From an uncultured Nitrospirales bacterium (GTDB lineage: Bacteria; Nitrospirota; Nitrospiria; Nitrospirales; Nitrospiraceae), in contig CAYJUM010000025.1 in assembly GCA_964373355.1 (NCBI GenBank), positions 7,366 through 31,365 of the forward strand: a stretch of DNA of 24,000 nt, given 5' to 3'. The position numbers and the translations under genes are program-made. This document shows, in pieces, positions 22,631 to 24,000 of this stretch. Positions within the stretch are counted from its first letter, which is position 1. Each line of letters begins with the position of its first letter. The notes beneath the pieces were generated by a model that worked only from the letters and a program-made list of their open reading frames with translations, was not told the DNA's origin and ran no database searches.

Positions 22631-22706
22631 GGCGCCGTACCCAAGTGGTTAAGGGAGCAGTCTGCAAAACTGCGATGCAGCGGTTCGAACCCGCTCGGCG
22701 CCTCCA
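22631..22706 (+). tRNA. tRNA-Cys (anticodon GCA), CCA encoded
   Basis: Manual cloverleaf. Acceptor stem GGCGCCG pairs with CGGCGCC. D arm is CCC-AAGTGGTTAA-GGG. Anticodon stem GCAGT pairs with ACTGC, with loop CTGCAAA. Variable loop is GATGC. T arm is AGCGG-TTCGAAC-CCGCT. Discriminator T is followed by CCA (22704-22706). Confidence 0.9.
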
Positions 22707-22902
22707 CTCTCTACGAGCCAACGTTTCGGGCCTCTACCTCTCCACTTCAGGGCTTTCGCCGATCACCGCACGGTCTTCCCGCGGCTGACGCTCAGGGACA
22801 CGCGGGCGCATCCGGGGGGGGAGCCGGGGGGTGTCGCAGACTCCCCCCTCCGGTCCGTTACGGGCGCGAGGCGGGAGGTCGGCGCCTGATCAGGGAGAAG
22901 GC

Positions 22903-22931
22903 TTGCATTTTCTTCGGGGCGCTCCTAGTAT
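22903..22931 (+). promoter_or_regulatory. Candidate promoter for the caspase-family gene
   Basis: TTGCAT (22903-22908), a 17-nt spacer, then TAGTAT (22926-22931), about 50 nt upstream of ATG 22981. Motif match only. Confidence 0.3.
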
Positions 22932-22980
22932 TGAGCCTACGCCCGGCCAGAGGCAAAGAATCCTCGTGCAGAGGTCTCCC

Positions 22981-24000
22981 ATGCGACACCGCACCCTTCC
23001 ATTCGCGCTTGGATCGCTGCTTATGTTGCCCCTGCTCGCTTCTGCTCCCCTGCCCTCCCATGCCGCCAAAGGTGACTTCCAGCAGCCCAACGCGTATGCC
23101 GTGGTCATTGGGATCAGCCAGTACAGCGAAGAAGTGATGCCAAAGGTGGCCTACGCCGTCAAGGATGCCCAGGCCATCGCGACCCTGCTGCAGACCCAGG
23201 CCGGCATCCCGAAAACCCATATCAAGTTGCTCACCGATGGCAAGGCCACGCTGAGCGGTCTGCGGAACCATCTGGGCGAGTGGTTACGGATGCGTGTCAA
23301 ACCGGAGTCCGTGGTGTACGTGTACTATGCCGGACACGGCACGCCGAATCTGCAGGCCCAGTCCGGGTCCATCGTGCCCTGGGATGGCCACCCCGATTTC
23401 CCGGCCGGCCTGTATCCGCTCAAGGAACTCCAAGACACGCTGAGTAAGCTCCCGACCAAGGACGTCGTCGTGTTCTTGGATTCGTGCTTTTCCGGGGCGG
23501 CGTCAGGGGGAGCGGGGCGTACCGTACTGGCCAAGGGCGCGCGCCCCATGGGGTTGCAGTATCCCGTACTGTCCTCTGGCGAGGTGATGGTCCTGGCCGC
23601 CGCGAGCGGCACCCAGATCAGTTCCGATTACGAGAAGGCGGAGCACGGCCTCTTCACGCATTTCCTCCTGACCGGGCTGCAGGGTGAAGCCGATGCGGAC
23701 AACGATCAGGTCGTGACGTTGCGAGAGCTGGTCCCGTATGTGAAGAAGCACGTCGCCGACACGGCCGTGGAGGAACTCAACCGCGAGCAGACCCCGGTCC
23801 TCCTGCCGGGGGAAGAGGCGCTCGGCACGCGCGTCGCCCTCCCCCTGGCCCGGACGGTCTCGACCAAGGGAGCGTCCACGGCGCAGGTGAGCCAGCCGGA
23901 GGCAAGACCGAGCGCGGCACTCAGCCAAGCCCTGAGCCAGAAGGAACAGGAACTGAAGGCGTTGGAAGCGCAGGAGCGGGAGGTGGAGGATCAGAGCAAG
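22981..24000 (+). CDS. Exported caspase-family (peptidase C14) protein; 3' end runs off the window
   Basis: Absent from the ORF track because it is open at the window edge. ATG 22981, after AGAGG, gives MRHRTLPFALGSLLMLPLLASAPLPSHAAKG..., a signal peptide. The caspase fold follows: YAVVIGISQY, catalytic His context VVYVYYAGHGTP and catalytic Cys context VVVFLDSCFSGA. A Gln/Glu/Lys-rich coiled-coil-like segment (QKEQELKALEAQEREVEDQSK) begins near the window edge. The frame is open for all 340 codons. The minus-strand track ORFs here are antisense artefacts. Confidence 0.8.
   Translation, partial: MRHRTLPFALGSLLMLPLLASAPLPSHAAKGDFQQPNAYAVVIGISQYSEEVMPKVAYAVKDAQAIATLLQTQAGIPKTHIKLLTDGKATLSGLRNHLGEWLRMRVKPESVVYVYYAGHGTPNLQAQSGSIVPWDGHPDFPAGLYPLKELQDTLSKLPTKDVVVFLDSCFSGAASGGAGRTVLAKGARPMGLQYPVLSSGEVMVLAAASGTQISSDYEKAEHGLFTHFLLTGLQGEADADNDQVVTLRELVPYVKKHVADTAVEELNREQTPVLLPGEEALGTRVALPLARTVSTKGASTAQVSQPEARPSAALSQALSQKEQELKALEAQEREVEDQSK

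Noticed and set aside
22826-22848. G6...C6 hairpin (GGGGGG-T-GTC-GCA-GAC-T-CCCCCC) as the tRNA-Cys terminator
   Set aside because: It lies about 120 nt downstream of the tRNA and has a T/T mismatch and no U-tract. It may be structural, but I cannot support a function.
22695-22887. 9-nt direct repeat TCGGCGCCT of the tRNA-Cys 3' end (22695-22703 and 22879-22887) as an att-site remnant
   Set aside because: The repeat is too short and too GC-rich to be significant in this genome. The enclosed 184 nt could not hold an element. No integrase is visible inside the window.
22858-23928. Minus-strand ORFs 22858..23271, 23325..23612 and 23503..23928
   Set aside because: They are antisense to the open-ended plus-strand caspase-family frame, which has a signal peptide and both catalytic contexts.

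Overview
GC-rich bacterial chromosomal window. I cannot assign a taxon from sequence alone, and every call rests on motif recognition by eye, with no database search. I can support 18 protein-coding genes and one tRNA. Two of the genes are cut by the window edges and are missing from the supplied ORF track. Left to right: bamD-like lipoprotein (-, partial), FabH-type KAS III, a small membrane protein, a DUF47/PhoU-like protein with a PiT phosphate transporter (+), and a convergent PhoR/PhoB-type two-component pair (-). An uninterrupted 15-kb plus-strand run follows: ispH, smc, shc (squalene-hopene cyclase), hpnG-like phosphorylase, mlaE, mlaF, mlaD, mlaC, a POTRA-less Omp85-family barrel, dxs and ispG. 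The window ends with a convergent SH3-type membrane protein (-), tRNA-Cys(GCA) and an exported caspase-family (C14) protein (+, partial). Two things stand out. (1) Hopanoid genes (shc, hpnG) are physically and translationally joined to an Mla-type lipid ABC transporter and an outer-membrane barrel, and the block is bracketed by three MEP-pathway genes. This suggests a dedicated hopanoid or isoprenoid-lipid trafficking module. (2) Eight intergenic sites carry tracts with strict 7-nt periodicity, mostly built on a GTGA/TCAC core. Five of them fold as long hairpins. Copies show compensatory changes, and the arms are built from fragments of the Shine-Dalgarno / anti-Shine-Dalgarno duplex. Four sit directly against start codons that lack an SD. 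Most long ORFs in the track that lie antisense or out of frame to these genes are high-GC artefacts.
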